Shown: positions 63,457-64,000 of the stretch, one piece after another | How positions within the stretch are numbered: position 1 is the first letter of the stretch | Layout of the letters: each line of letters begins with the position of its first letter | Origin: Sedimenticola sp. | Lineage (GTDB): Bacteria; Pseudomonadota; Gammaproteobacteria; Chromatiales; Chromatiaceae | Direction: 5' to 3' | Assembly (NCBI GenBank): GCA_040506895.1 | Contig: JBEVVY010000001.1 | Coordinates: 3,001,967-3,065,966, forward strand | Length of the DNA: 64,000 bases | Position numbers and translations under genes: made by a program | Notes under the pieces: model-generated | Told to the model about the DNA's origin: nothing | What the model saw: the letters and a program-made list of their open reading frames with translations, nothing else | Database searches by the model: none

Positions 63457-64000
63457 AACAGCAGATCGCATGGGAAACGCTTAACGCGTACGTGGATGGG
63501 GAGCTCTCACCTGCCGATGCGGCGGAAGTGGCAGCGGCAGTGGCGGAGGATGTCGCGCTCGCCCGGCAGGTGGCCGATCTGACATCCCTCAAGGCGGCGG
63601 TGAGCGAATCGAACCACTGCGAGAGTCCCGATGTCGATCTCGATGCGGCAACCCGGAACCAGGGTGGGCTTGCCAGGGTGGCCTCAGTGGCTGCCGTGTT
63701 CCTGATGGGTGCCTTGTTGTCGGGTCTGCTATTTATGGGCGGGCATCTCTCTCCGCCAGACCAGATCGTTTACGCGGAGGCGGTGCACGGCGAATGGCTG
63801 GCCTCCTCCCGCGAGGCTGGAGAGCGCAACCAGGCCCGCCAGTTGAAGGTGGGCCTCCAGGAGTTGAGGCTGAAGGTACGGATCCCGGACCTCACCAAGG
63901 TGAGTCTCACGCATGATGGTATCAAGAAGATATCCATGGGCAAGGGCAGCGGGCTGCATATCGGATACCGCGGCCCCAAGGGCTGCATGTTGAGCCTGGT
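63453..64000 (+). CDS. Anti-sigma factor (single-pass membrane), 3' end beyond window
   Basis: ATGA overlap with the sigma gene. MKQQIAWETLNAYVDGELSPADAAEVAAAV is a typical anti-sigma N-terminus. TM segment VASVAAVFLMGALLSGLLFMG. The frame is open to position 64000, so it is absent from the ORF track. Confidence 0.8.
   Translation, partial: MKQQIAWETLNAYVDGELSPADAAEVAAAVAEDVALARQVADLTSLKAAVSESNHCESPDVDLDAATRNQGGLARVASVAAVFLMGALLSGLLFMGGHLSPPDQIVYAEAVHGEWLASSREAGERNQARQLKVGLQELRLKVRIPDLTKVSLTHDGIKKISMGKGSGLHIGYRGPKGCMLSL

Overview
This is a GC-rich gammaproteobacterial chromosome segment made up mostly of core translation and transcription genes. At the left end, on the minus strand, lie moeB (partial), orf136, prmC, prfA and hemA. 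These diverge from TPR lipoprotein, ispE, tRNA-Gln, prs, rplY and pth. The order resembles Pseudomonas, but lolB and ychF are not at their usual positions. A ~4.3 kb minus-strand accessory block follows: a FadL/OmpP1-type outer-membrane channel, a diheme cytochrome c and two tandem YceI-like paralogs. It joins the left block to a ~32.5 kb same-strand run: tRNA-Tyr/Gly/Thr-tufB-tRNA-Trp-secE-nusG-rplKAJL-rpoBC-rpsLG-fusA-tufA and the S10, spc and alpha operons through rplQ. This run includes a 37-aa rpmJ that is absent from the ORF track. Next come a DUF62 SAM-hydrolase-like gene, an orphan PhnD-like binding protein, uvrA (minus strand), a YajR-like MFS transporter and ssb. Downstream of ssb is a visibly low-GC island remnant. 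It holds the 5' part of a tyrosine-integrase-like gene cut by a complete 2,471-bp IS21-family element (istA/istB, multi-repeat ends, no target-site duplication). It also holds a ~570-bp stretch that is free of ORFs, AT-rich and full of short repeats, and a 220-aa orphan protein. The window ends with a Cache-GGDEF cyclase, a DegP/DegQ protease, an SRPBCC protein, an orphan ORF and an ECF sigma/anti-sigma pair (the last is partial). The main non-coding observations are as follows. (1) A 185-nt structured spacer after tRNA-Tyr ends in a copy of the tRNA 3' end and carries a 29-codon Arg-rich ORF, like the E. coli rtT/tpr arrangement. (2) tRNA-Gln has an analogous 3'-end duplication. (3) A four-copy 14-bp palindrome array lies between rplY and pth. 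(4) Two tandem terminator-like hairpins sit inside the spc operon. (5) The two tuf paralogs are almost sequence-identical. I do not see a convincing, complete, novel multi-gene system. The best candidates are reported with modest scores.
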